From NCBI GenBank assembly GCA_946626595.1, contig CAMOUQ010000001.1, positions 65,846-129,845 of the forward strand: a stretch of DNA of 64,000 bases, read 5' to 3'. Made by a program: the position numbers and the translations under genes. Shown here piece by piece: positions 26,913 through 35,900 of the stretch (within the stretch, counting starts at the first letter, position 1; every line of letters begins with the position of its first letter). The stretch is from an uncultured Prevotellaceae bacterium (GTDB lineage: Bacteria; Bacteroidota; Bacteroidia; Bacteroidales; Bacteroidaceae). Below the pieces are notes generated by a model. The model searched no databases, had not been told where the DNA came from, and was given only the letters and a program-made list of their open reading frames with translations.

Positions 26913-28427
26913 ATGAAGAAACTCTATGTCCTCAGTCTTCTCTGCGCCCTCTATGGCAGCGCTTCAGCCCAGAACCCCATCATCTGCGACCGCTATACGC
27001 CCGACCCGGCCCCTTACGTTCATGGCGACACACTATACCTCTTTGTCGACCACGACGAGGACGAGACCCAGAACGGTTACTTCACCATGAAGGACTGGCT
27101 CCTCTACAGCACCGTTGACATGGTCAACTGGACCTATCGCGGCACGCCCCTCACCTCGGCCACCTTCTCGGCATGGGCCAAGCAGGACAACGACTGCTGG
27201 GCCAGCCAGTGCATCGAGCGCAACGGCAAATGGTACTGGTACGTCACCGCCACCATCAAGGGGCAGGCCTACCCGGGCATCGGTGTGGCCGTGGCCGACA
27301 ACCCGGCCGGGCCCTACAAGGACCCCATCCGTAAGCCGCTCGTTCAGGGGTGGTTCAAGATTGACCCCACCGTGATGATCGACGACAACGGTCAGGCCTA
27401 TCTCTTTTATGGCAACAACATGCTGTGGTACACGCGCCTGTCGAAGAACATGATATCGACAGTGGGCGGCGAAATAGAGGTGCCGACGAAGGACGAAAAT
27501 GCCTTTGGCCCCTACAAAGGCTACGACGAAAATGGGAACCCGAAGACCAACTTCGAGGAGGCATCGTGGATATACAAGCGAGGCGACAAATACTATCTGG
27601 AGTACGCCGCTGGCGGTGTGCCCGAACACTGGGCCTACTCCACGGCCGACAAGATCACCGGCCCTTGGACCTACCAGGGCAAGATGATGGGTCAGGCCGA
27701 CGGCAGTTTCACCATCCACGGTGGCAGCGTGGAGTTCCGCGGCCACCACTATATGTTCTACCACAACGGCAAACTGCCTGGCGGCGGTGGTTTCAAGCGC
27801 TCCACCTGCATCGAGGAGTTCACCCCCAACGCCGACGGTTCCCTACCCTACATCCCCTTCACCTCGGAAGGTGTGGCACCACTTCAGGCCCTCAATCCCT
27901 ACGAACTGCAGGAGGCCGAGACCATCAACCAGTCGCAGGGTGTGCTCTGTGTGGGCGACCACCGGCAGTGCTACGTCTCCAACCTCAGCGCCGGCGACTA
28001 CATCAGGGTTCGCAACGTCGACTTTGGCGACACGGGTGCCCGTTCGTTCATGGCCAAGGTGCGTGCCGAGCGCAAGGCCATCCTGCAAGTGCGCATCGAC
28101 AGCAAGACGGGCAGCCCCCGAGGCCGCATCACGCTGGAACCGTCCGACGGCCAGTGGACAGAAGTCTCTTGCGACCTCTCCTCCGCCATCAAGGGCGTCC
28201 ACGACCTCTACTTCACCGTACAGGGAAGCAGCATTCCGTCCTTCGACTTCGACACCTGGCAGTTCCACGAACATCCCACCGCCGTCGCCGACATCGACAA
28301 TCGCCCCTGCACAGACGGCAAGTACTACGACCTCTCCGGCAGACCCATCAGCCGCCCACAGCACGGCATCGCCATACAGGCAGCCCGCCACGATGGGAAA
28401 AACCGCTACCGCAAGGTCGTAAAATGA
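26913..28427 (+). CDS. GH43 arabinofuranosidase/xylosidase with CBM6-like module and T9SS-like tail
   Basis: GH43 motifs: CDRYTPDPAPYVHGDTLYLF, IDPTVMIDDNGQAYLFYG and EASWIYKRGDKYYLEYA. CBM6-like region: LQEAETINQSQGV...DYIRVRNVDFG...LYFTVQG...FDTWQF. Tail: YYDLSGRPISRPQHGIAIQ...RKVVK. Confidence 0.87.
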   Translation: MKKLYVLSLLCALYGSASAQNPIICDRYTPDPAPYVHGDTLYLFVDHDEDETQNGYFTMKDWLLYSTVDMVNWTYRGTPLTSATFSAWAKQDNDCWASQCIERNGKWYWYVTATIKGQAYPGIGVAVADNPAGPYKDPIRKPLVQGWFKIDPTVMIDDNGQAYLFYGNNMLWYTRLSKNMISTVGGEIEVPTKDENAFGPYKGYDENGNPKTNFEEASWIYKRGDKYYLEYAAGGVPEHWAYSTADKITGPWTYQGKMMGQADGSFTIHGGSVEFRGHHYMFYHNGKLPGGGGFKRSTCIEEFTPNADGSLPYIPFTSEGVAPLQALNPYELQEAETINQSQGVLCVGDHRQCYVSNLSAGDYIRVRNVDFGDTGARSFMAKVRAERKAILQVRIDSKTGSPRGRITLEPSDGQWTEVSCDLSSAIKGVHDLYFTVQGSSIPSFDFDTWQFHEHPTAVADIDNRPCTDGKYYDLSGRPISRPQHGIAIQAARHDGKNRYRKVVK

Positions 28428-28486
28428 ATCCCCCGGACTCCATCCTAAAAAACGCTCCTTCACAGTTTTTCGCAAATAAGACAGGT

Positions 28487-28508
28487 CGTGTCCCATGCAT
28501 GGGACACG
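28487..28508. other. 22-bp perfect palindrome
   Basis: cgtgtcccatgcatgggacacg, with no T-tract after it. Confidence 0.8.
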
Positions 28509-28625
28509 GCGAAACAATACGTCGATTAAGGCCCATCAATACGTCGCTTCGTGCGAAACCTCACGGAGGCCGGGTATAAGGCTCATGAAGAAAAGCGCGA
28601 AGCAAAACGTACAAAGCCCCGTTTC

Positions 28626-28718
28626 ATGACGATATATCGTCACTTTTTCACCCTATCGTCACGCATATCGTCACGCCTGCAAGGCCGATGAATACTGGAT
28701 TCGTGACGATATGACGAT
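28626..28718. promoter_or_regulatory. cluster of six (T)ATCGTCA(C) motifs (three direct, three inverted) upstream of the sialidase promoter
   Basis: TATCGTCAC occurs at 28635, 28654 and 28666. The inverted form occurs at 28626, 28703 and 28712. The cluster includes the 16-bp palindrome tgacgatatatcgtca (28627-28642). Confidence 0.4.
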
Positions 28719-28736
28719 TTTTTTCATGCCCCAAAA

Positions 28737-28768
28737 TTTGCGTGTTCGCTCACTTAATCGTATCTTTG
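28737..28768 (+). promoter_or_regulatory. Bacteroidota promoter: -33 TTTG and -7 TATCTTTG
   Basis: TTTG at 28737-28740 and TATCTTTG at 28761-28768, separated by 20 nt. The promoter lies 42 nt before the ATG at 28811. Confidence 0.55.
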
Positions 28769-28810
28769 CATCCGAGATAGTGCCTTAAACTAAAGAAAAA
28801 ACCAAAGATA

Positions 28811-31800
28811 ATGAAAAACAAAACCTTATTGCTAACTTTGCTGGCCATGATTATTGGCATCGCAGCAAAGGCTGATACAGGATGGAAAGTGACTGCTGGC
28901 AGTCAAGTGACTACGGAAGCCGCACTGGTGAGCGGAAAGCCCTATCTGGTTTATTACGTGGGATCTGGCAACCCTGGCTACATGAAGGACACTGGCACCA
29001 GCTACAACGCCCAAAGCGACCCGACGCCGGACCTGACGGCCGTGTACACATTCACCGACAACGGTGACGGAACATGGAGCGTGCAGAACCACAAGACCTT
29101 CAACTACTGGGGCACACCTACGGCCAACGCCACCACCTACTTCGGTTCGACCACTGCCGGTGCATGGGCACTCAACTTCCAGGCCAACGGCAACATTGCC
29201 CCGAGTTGCAACGGGCACAGCCTGAACCGCAGCAGCGGCAAGATTCATCCCTGGAGCACAGGCACCGCCGCGAGCAACCAGTTCAAGATAGAGAACGTGA
29301 CCATAGAGGAGGTGGAAGTGGACATGAACATCGTGACCAACCGCACACCGCTCTCCGCCGCTCCCTCGGGCGACGGATGGTACGTGATATCCGTCAAGTC
29401 GGGAACCTACGCCGGCCATACCGTATATGTGCCGGAAAGCGAAATCGAGTATCAGGCCAACCGCAACTATCCACTGTCATTCAGCAAGGTGGACGGACAG
29501 CCCACCATCGACAACACCGTCTACTACACCCACATCGCCAAGACGGCCAACGGCTACGCATGGCAACTACCCAACGGGCGATACCTGAGAGCGTATAACA
29601 AATTCTTCCCTGTGAGCACAGAGGAGACCGTAGAAAACGTCTCCATCACCTACAGTGCCGGCAACGGCATGCAATTCATCCACTCTGGCTACAAGGCCAT
29701 ACCCTATTATCTGGGCAGCAAATACTTCATCGGCGAGACGAACGGTACGGGAGGCTTTTTCGATGTCTACCCCATCGACCTGGCCGAGGCCAGACTCACT
29801 GCCTGGCGCGTCATTATTCCCTCTGCCGGTGCCGACACTCGCTTAGCCTGCACCCGCGACGATGTCAAGGGACTGACATCTGTCTACAACGGCGGTTACT
29901 TCTTCCTTCCGGCCGGGGTAACACCTACGACTGCCGACTTCGCGTTAGTCGGAATGCTGAATTGCATCGTGGATGCCGAGGCACAGACAATTACCGTCGA
30001 GTACGACCCGACGCTGGCCATCCTGCCCGACGGCGTCTCCGTGGCCCAGGGCTATCAGACAGCCGGACGCGACAGCGAGGTGATGCTGCTGAGCATAGTG
30101 GCCAAGCCTTTCCGCAATGCCACGGGTGCCAGCTTTGGCATCAGCCTGAAGGACGGAGCCGAGGCGCTAATCAGTAAGCTCACACTCTATGAAGCATCGA
30201 ACGAATCTCCCGAAATCATGTCCACCGGCAGCGGTGCTCCCACCAAGACGGTCTTGGCCGAAGTAACCAATCCCCAGGCTGCGACCGACATGGCCATCGG
30301 CAACCTGACCGCTGGCAACCACTACTATTGGCTGGCTGCTACCGTGAAGGGCGACGCCCCCGTCGGCAACATTCTGGATGCCGCTGTCACCAGTCTGACC
30401 TACACCTGCTATGGTGCGCAGACCACCTTGGACCTCACCGATGCCGGCGACCCCGCCGACCGTGGTGCGATGGTCTTCGAGACGCGCAGCTATCCCTTCC
30501 TACCTCGCGACAATGGCAGTCGCGTCTATCGCATACCAGCCCTCGTCACTGCCGACGACGGTTCGCTGGTGGCGGCCGTCGACAAGCGCTATGACAGCTT
30601 CAGGGACATCGGCGGCGGACATGTCATCGACATCGTCGTGCGCCGCAGCACCGATGGCGGCAAGACCTGGGGCGACCCCGTGGTAGTGGCCAAGGGCCTG
30701 GGCACCGCGGACGATGCGAAGTGTGGTTACGGCGACCCGTCGCTCACCAAGGGCAAGGACGGGCGTCTCTATCTGCTCTTCGCAGCCGGCAACACGGGCT
30801 ACTTCTACGGTCTGAACCGCATCTGCATGTCCACCTCCGACGACAACGGTGCCACATGGACGACACCCGTCGACCTCTATGAGACCGGACGCATCACCGA
30901 CCACGCATCGTCCTTCGGCAGCACGCCCTGCTATGGACTCTACGACTACTTCGTGACCTCGGGCAAGGGACTCTACACCCACGACGGTGTACTGATGTAT
31001 CTGCTGCCCGCTCAGCCATACACCAATGCCGAAAAGACGGAGAAGACAAACAACTCGCACGACTTCGTATTCTACAGCACCGACGACGGGGACACGTGGC
31101 ACATCAGCGAGACACCGGCCTTTGTGGGCGGCGACGAGGCCAAACTGGAACAGGCCGACGACGGTTCGCTCATCGCCTCCGTGCGCCAGAGCAACCAGCG
31201 CGGCTTCAACACCGGCACTTACGTCAAGAACGACGACGGCACCGTCACCTTCACTTGGGATCAGCAGTACAACACCTCGCAACTGACCGCTGGCGGCTAT
31301 CCCAACAATCAGGACATCCTCTACTATAGCCGTGCCACCGACCTCACTGGGGCCGACACCGGCGAACCCGACATCCTGCTGCACACGATGACCACCGGGC
31401 AGCATGCCAACCTCAACCTCTTCATGAGCCTGAACGGCGGTGAGGACTGGAAGCTGGTATGCCAGATACAGCCCAAGGGTGTACGATATGTCACGCTGAC
31501 CAAGCTCCAGAACGGCAACCTGGGCATGCTCTTCGAAGACCAGGGCCTGAACGAAGCCGGCGGCTACACCGACTACAACCACTACCCCATCAACTTCCTC
31601 ACCATCACCCGCGAACAACTGCTCGCATGGTACGACGAGGCAAAGCCCTGGTTCGAGGAACAGGAGTTGGAGGGCAAATTCGTAAAGATTGTTCAAGGCT
31701 TGACTGGGCACACCACCTACGGAACGCTGTCCGGCGACACATGGACCTCCAAGAAGCATACTGGCAACAAGATAGAAGGACTCACACTCACGAAGTCGGA

Positions 31801-32692
31801 CGGCAAATTCGACCAGTTCTCCACCTGGAACGGCCACTTCAACCTGGCCTATCACCCCGCCATGGCCAACGTACCCGCCACACTGACACTGCAGGCCCCC
31901 GAGGGGTACCTGATCAAGGGCTATTCGCTGCTTGCTGCCAAGGCCTACAGCGCTGCCCACACCTACACCCTGGAGGCTGAGGACGGCACCACCATCACGC
32001 CGAAGTTTGCAAGTTCGGCTGCCGACTTCACAGAACTGAGCCAGACGGACATCTATGCCAAGACGGCCACAATCTCTGTCACGACTACAGATGTCTCCAA
32101 ATTCTTGGCCATTGCCGACTTCGTGGTAGAACTGACACAGGAGTACCCGCTGGCTCTCCATGCCATCGGTGATGCCTCCTACGGCACGCTTTATCTGCCC
32201 TTCGGCATCACACTGCCCAACAACGTTACGGCCTACAAGGTAGCCGTGAACGGCGAGTGGGTCATCCCGACATCGATGGGCCAGGAACTGCCCAAGGAGA
32301 CGCCCGCTCTGCTCTATTCGGCAGAAGGCGCGACGACGGCCCAGGCCACCATCAACGACAAGGCCACGGCCGACGCATCGGGCAACCAGCTGCAGGGCGT
32401 GCTCACGAAGCAGCACGTCGACGGCTACGTGCTGAATCAAAAGGACCAGGAGATTGGATTCTTCCGTCTGAGCAGCACCGGCGAACTGGACGCCTACCGC
32501 GCCTACCTGCCTGCCAATGTCGGAGAGGTGAAAGGCTTCATCCTGAACTGGAGCACCGATGGGATTGAGAAAATGAGAGATGGAGAAAATGAGGAAATGA
32601 GAAGTGCCATCTTCGACCTTAGCGGTCGGCGCGTGACTAAGGCACGGAAGGGCATCTACATCATGAATGGGAATAAGGTGATTGTTGAATAA
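28811..32692 (+). CDS. multidomain exo-alpha-sialidase (GH33) with N-terminal lectin-like domains, C-terminal accessory module and T9SS sorting tail
   Basis: 1293 aa. RIP motif: RVYRIPALV. Asp-boxes: STDGGKTW, SDDNGATW, STDDGDTW and SLNGGEDW. Tyr/Glu region: YVTLTKLQNGNLGMLFED. Tail: AIFDLSGRRVTKARKGIYIMNGNKVIVE. Confidence 0.88.
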   Translation: MKNKTLLLTLLAMIIGIAAKADTGWKVTAGSQVTTEAALVSGKPYLVYYVGSGNPGYMKDTGTSYNAQSDPTPDLTAVYTFTDNGDGTWSVQNHKTFNYWGTPTANATTYFGSTTAGAWALNFQANGNIAPSCNGHSLNRSSGKIHPWSTGTAASNQFKIENVTIEEVEVDMNIVTNRTPLSAAPSGDGWYVISVKSGTYAGHTVYVPESEIEYQANRNYPLSFSKVDGQPTIDNTVYYTHIAKTANGYAWQLPNGRYLRAYNKFFPVSTEETVENVSITYSAGNGMQFIHSGYKAIPYYLGSKYFIGETNGTGGFFDVYPIDLAEARLTAWRVIIPSAGADTRLACTRDDVKGLTSVYNGGYFFLPAGVTPTTADFALVGMLNCIVDAEAQTITVEYDPTLAILPDGVSVAQGYQTAGRDSEVMLLSIVAKPFRNATGASFGISLKDGAEALISKLTLYEASNESPEIMSTGSGAPTKTVLAEVTNPQAATDMAIGNLTAGNHYYWLAATVKGDAPVGNILDAAVTSLTYTCYGAQTTLDLTDAGDPADRGAMVFETRSYPFLPRDNGSRVYRIPALVTADDGSLVAAVDKRYDSFRDIGGGHVIDIVVRRSTDGGKTWGDPVVVAKGLGTADDAKCGYGDPSLTKGKDGRLYLLFAAGNTGYFYGLNRICMSTSDDNGATWTTPVDLYETGRITDHASSFGSTPCYGLYDYFVTSGKGLYTHDGVLMYLLPAQPYTNAEKTEKTNNSHDFVFYSTDDGDTWHISETPAFVGGDEAKLEQADDGSLIASVRQSNQRGFNTGTYVKNDDGTVTFTWDQQYNTSQLTAGGYPNNQDILYYSRATDLTGADTGEPDILLHTMTTGQHANLNLFMSLNGGEDWKLVCQIQPKGVRYVTLTKLQNGNLGMLFEDQGLNEAGGYTDYNHYPINFLTITREQLLAWYDEAKPWFEEQELEGKFVKIVQGLTGHTTYGTLSGDTWTSKKHTGNKIEGLTLTKSDGKFDQFSTWNGHFNLAYHPAMANVPATLTLQAPEGYLIKGYSLLAAKAYSAAHTYTLEAEDGTTITPKFASSAADFTELSQTDIYAKTATISVTTTDVSKFLAIADFVVELTQEYPLALHAIGDASYGTLYLPFGITLPNNVTAYKVAVNGEWVIPTSMGQELPKETPALLYSAEGATTAQATINDKATADASGNQLQGVLTKQHVDGYVLNQKDQEIGFFRLSSTGELDAYRAYLPANVGEVKGFILNWSTDGIEKMRDGENEEMRSAIFDLSGRRVTKARKGIYIMNGNKVIVE
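32141..32692 (+). repeat. copy 1 of a ~0.56-kb near-identical C-terminal module shared by the two sialidase genes
   Basis: By eye it aligns to 38972-39547 at roughly 85-90% nucleotide identity, far above the rest of the two genes. Confidence 0.85.
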
Positions 32693-32753
32693 AGGGACCC
32701 TAAAGGCCCTTAGAAACTCTAAGAACTCTAAGAACTCTAAAGATAATACTATC

Positions 32754-32906
32754 ATGAAAAAGAATTATGTTGCACCAGAAATGACGGACGAGCGTTTCGT
32801 TACCGACGACCAGTTCATGGACATTGCCTCGCTGCAAGTCTACGAGGAGGAAACCGACGAGGGATATGCCCCCGCGGAAGAATGGTCTTACTGGGTCGTA
32901 TTGTGA
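32754..32906 (+). CDS. 50-aa acidic small ORF between the two sialidase genes
   Basis: MKKNYVAPEMTDERFVTDDQFMDIASLQVYEEETDEGYAPAEEWSYWVVL. This is the inner ATG of track ORF 32682..32906. It lies 61 nt after the upstream stop and 53 nt before the next ATG. Confidence 0.3.
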   Translation: MKKNYVAPEMTDERFVTDDQFMDIASLQVYEEETDEGYAPAEEWSYWVVL

Positions 32907-32959
32907 CCGGGAGTGTGTGTGTTTACGAAGTTATATAAACCTATTATCCTTTTGGCCAA

Positions 32960-35900
32960 ATGAAAACCAAGAAGTTGCTAATACTGGTGGCACTGATTGC
33001 CACAACATGTTGCGCATTCGCTGACAACGCAGTCTCGATGCTCCTGCCAAAGCCTCACGAACTGTCAGAGAACGCCGCAACCTTTGACCTCACACGCAAT
33101 GTGAGCATCACGGACCCCACAAACTCTACGCTTCTGGCCTCGCTGTTCACGACTGGCGGCTCCCCGTCTGCCACGGTGACGGTAAGTCTGGTAAGCGATG
33201 CCACCCTTGGCACCTTCGACTACACACTGGCCGGCTTCCCCAACGAGGGTTACAAGCTGGAGGTCACCACCGATGCCATCACCATTCAGGCTGTGACCAA
33301 GACCGGTGTCATCCGCGCTGCACAGACGCTCATGCAACTCGCAGCAGCCAACGGCGGCACCAGCATCCCCGGTGTGAGCATCACCGACTGGGCCGCCTTC
33401 AAACTGCGCGGCTACATGCACGACGTAGGCCGTTCCTTCGTCAGTTTCGACGAACTGAAGAAGGAGGTCGACCTGCTCTCGCGCTTCAAGGTAAATGTTT
33501 TCCATTGGCACCTGACCGACAACCAGGGTTTCCGCTTCGAGTCGAAGACCTATCCGCAGCTCAATCAGGCTACCAACATGACACGCTTCGCCGGTCAGTA
33601 CTATACCCAGGCGCAATGCACCGAACTGGAAGCCTACGCTGCCGAGCGCGGCATGATTATCATACCCGAGATAGACATGCCCGGCCACAGCCAAGCCTTC
33701 CAGACCGCCATGGGATTCGCCATGAACAGCGAACAGGGCAAGCCCGTGCTGAAAGCACTGCTCGACGAACTGGCTGCCGCCTTCCCCCTGGCGCCCTACT
33801 TGCACATCGGCTGCGACGAGGCTGGCACGACGGCGGCCTTCGTCAACGAAATGTCGCAGTACGTGAAGGAGACGCTGGGACGCCGCGTGCTCGTATGGAA
33901 CCCCATCAGTGGCGTCAGCATCAGCAAGGCCAACCTCCCCTACATCGACATGACGGAAATGTGGGGCACAGCCGGAAAGAAGATTGACGGACTGCCCAAC
34001 ATCGACTGCCGCTACAACTACATCAATCACTTCGACGTCTTTGCCGACCTCGTGGGCATATACAAGAGCAACATCTACTACACCGACAAGGGCAATGCCG
34101 AGGTGGCCGGAGCCATCTCAGGTCTGTGGAACGACCGCAAGACACCCACCGAGACCGACATCATCCGCCAGAACAACCTGTGGGCCAATGCCATCGCCAC
34201 TGCCGAACGAGGATGGATGGGCGGCGGCAAGCAGTACATAGAAACGGGCGGCACCACTCTGCCCAACAGCGGCAGCGAGTTTGAGGAGTTTGCCGACTGG
34301 GAACGTCGTTTCCTATATTATAAAGGCACGTGGCTCAAGGACGAAAGCATCCCCTATGTGAAGCAGACCAACATACGCTGGCGCATCACACAGCCCTTCC
34401 CCAACGGTGGAACGGCCACTGCTGCCTTCCCACCCGAAGAGAGCACGGCCGACGTGCTGCCCGACGAATACACCTATGACGGACAGACCTACACCACCAG
34501 CATGGCCACAGGCGGAGGCATCTACCTGCGCCACGTATGGGGCACCATCGTTCCCGCCTTCTTCAGTTCGCCACAGCTCAACACCACGGCCTATGCCTGG
34601 ACCTATGTCTATTCGCCCACCGCACAGACGGCCGGAGCCCTCATCGAGTTCCAGAACTATAGTCGCTCGGAGAACGACAAAGCACCCGACAATGGCAACT
34701 GGGACCGCAAGGGTTCGCGCATCTGGGTGAACGGCAGCGAAGTGGCTCCGCCCACCTGGGGCAATGCCGGAAAGAGCATCAACAGCGAAGTGGACTTGCA
34801 GAACGAGAACTTCACGGCCCGTAAGCCTATCGCCATCAGCCTCAAGGCCGGATGGAATAAGATTTTCCTCAAACTGCCCTATGTCAGTGCCAGCAACGTG
34901 CGTCTGAACAAATGGATGTTTACCTTCGTACTTACCGATGCCGAAGGCAAGAACGCCCTCGAGGGCATCACCTATTCGCCCATACAAAGTCTGGATGCCA
35001 ACATCGACGATGTGGTTACCATCATAGGCGACATCAAGACCTATGTCCACAGCAAGTGCGGCACAGCCGTGGGCCTCTACCCCGAGAGCGCCGCCACCGA
35101 CCTTCTGGCTTCCGTGGCCACCGTGGAAGCCACCCTGCAGAGCACCCTCACCGCTGACGAGCGCGAAGCCCAGGTCGCCAACCTGCAGTCGGCCTTTGAG
35201 ACTTTCAAAAGCAATCTTGCTACCGCTGCCATCAACCAGCCCCTGGCCAGCACAGCCAGCGAGACCCACTACTACACCCTCTGCACGCCACAGCGCGGCA
35301 GTCGTTACGTGACTTCCTCCGGCGCAGGCGCTGAACTGGGCGGCACACCGACATTGGTTGCCACCTCCTACTGGAAGTTCGTGGCCCGTGCCGATGGTGC
35401 ATGGGACATCGTCAATGCCTACGACGATTCATACATTGCCCCCAACAGCACCAACAACACCGCCCTCACCGCTTCCGTCACATCGCCCTCTGCAGGCTGG
35501 AAAATCAGCAAGGCCTCAACCGACGGACAAGTCATCATCACCTCCGGCAACTGCCAATTCAACCAGACCAACACCAGCAGTTCCGTGCTTTCTGGCGGCT
35601 ACCGCCTCTTTAACTGGGGCAACGGCACCAACACTACCGACACGGGCTGCCAGTATGCCATAGAGGAGGTGGACGAGGCGGACATTCCCTATTCCTTTTC
35701 CTTCAAACCGTCGGATGCTACAGTCTACACCCTCAACAACACCTCCAGTGCCAACCGCGGTGCCCTCGTCTACGACGGTTCATCCACGAACGTCAGTCTC
35801 GTAGCCAGCGCCAACCTCGACGCCACGAACCCCAACCACCAGTGGGTGCTCTACCCCACCGGAACTGTGGGTCAGTATTATCTTTATAACGTCGGGGCCC

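Noticed and set aside
28680-28694. Identical 15-mer CAAGGCCGATGAATA at 28680 and 44594.
   Set aside because: In a 64-kb window scanned on both strands, a few exact 15-mer coincidences are expected by chance (about N^2/4^15). The flanks do not align.
28428-28810. Possibility that the 383-bp gap encodes a known structured RNA (RNase P, SRP RNA, riboswitch).
   Set aside because: None of the conserved cores I know (for example GAGGAAAGTCCGGGC for RNase P) are present. Promoter and operator-like features explain most of the region.
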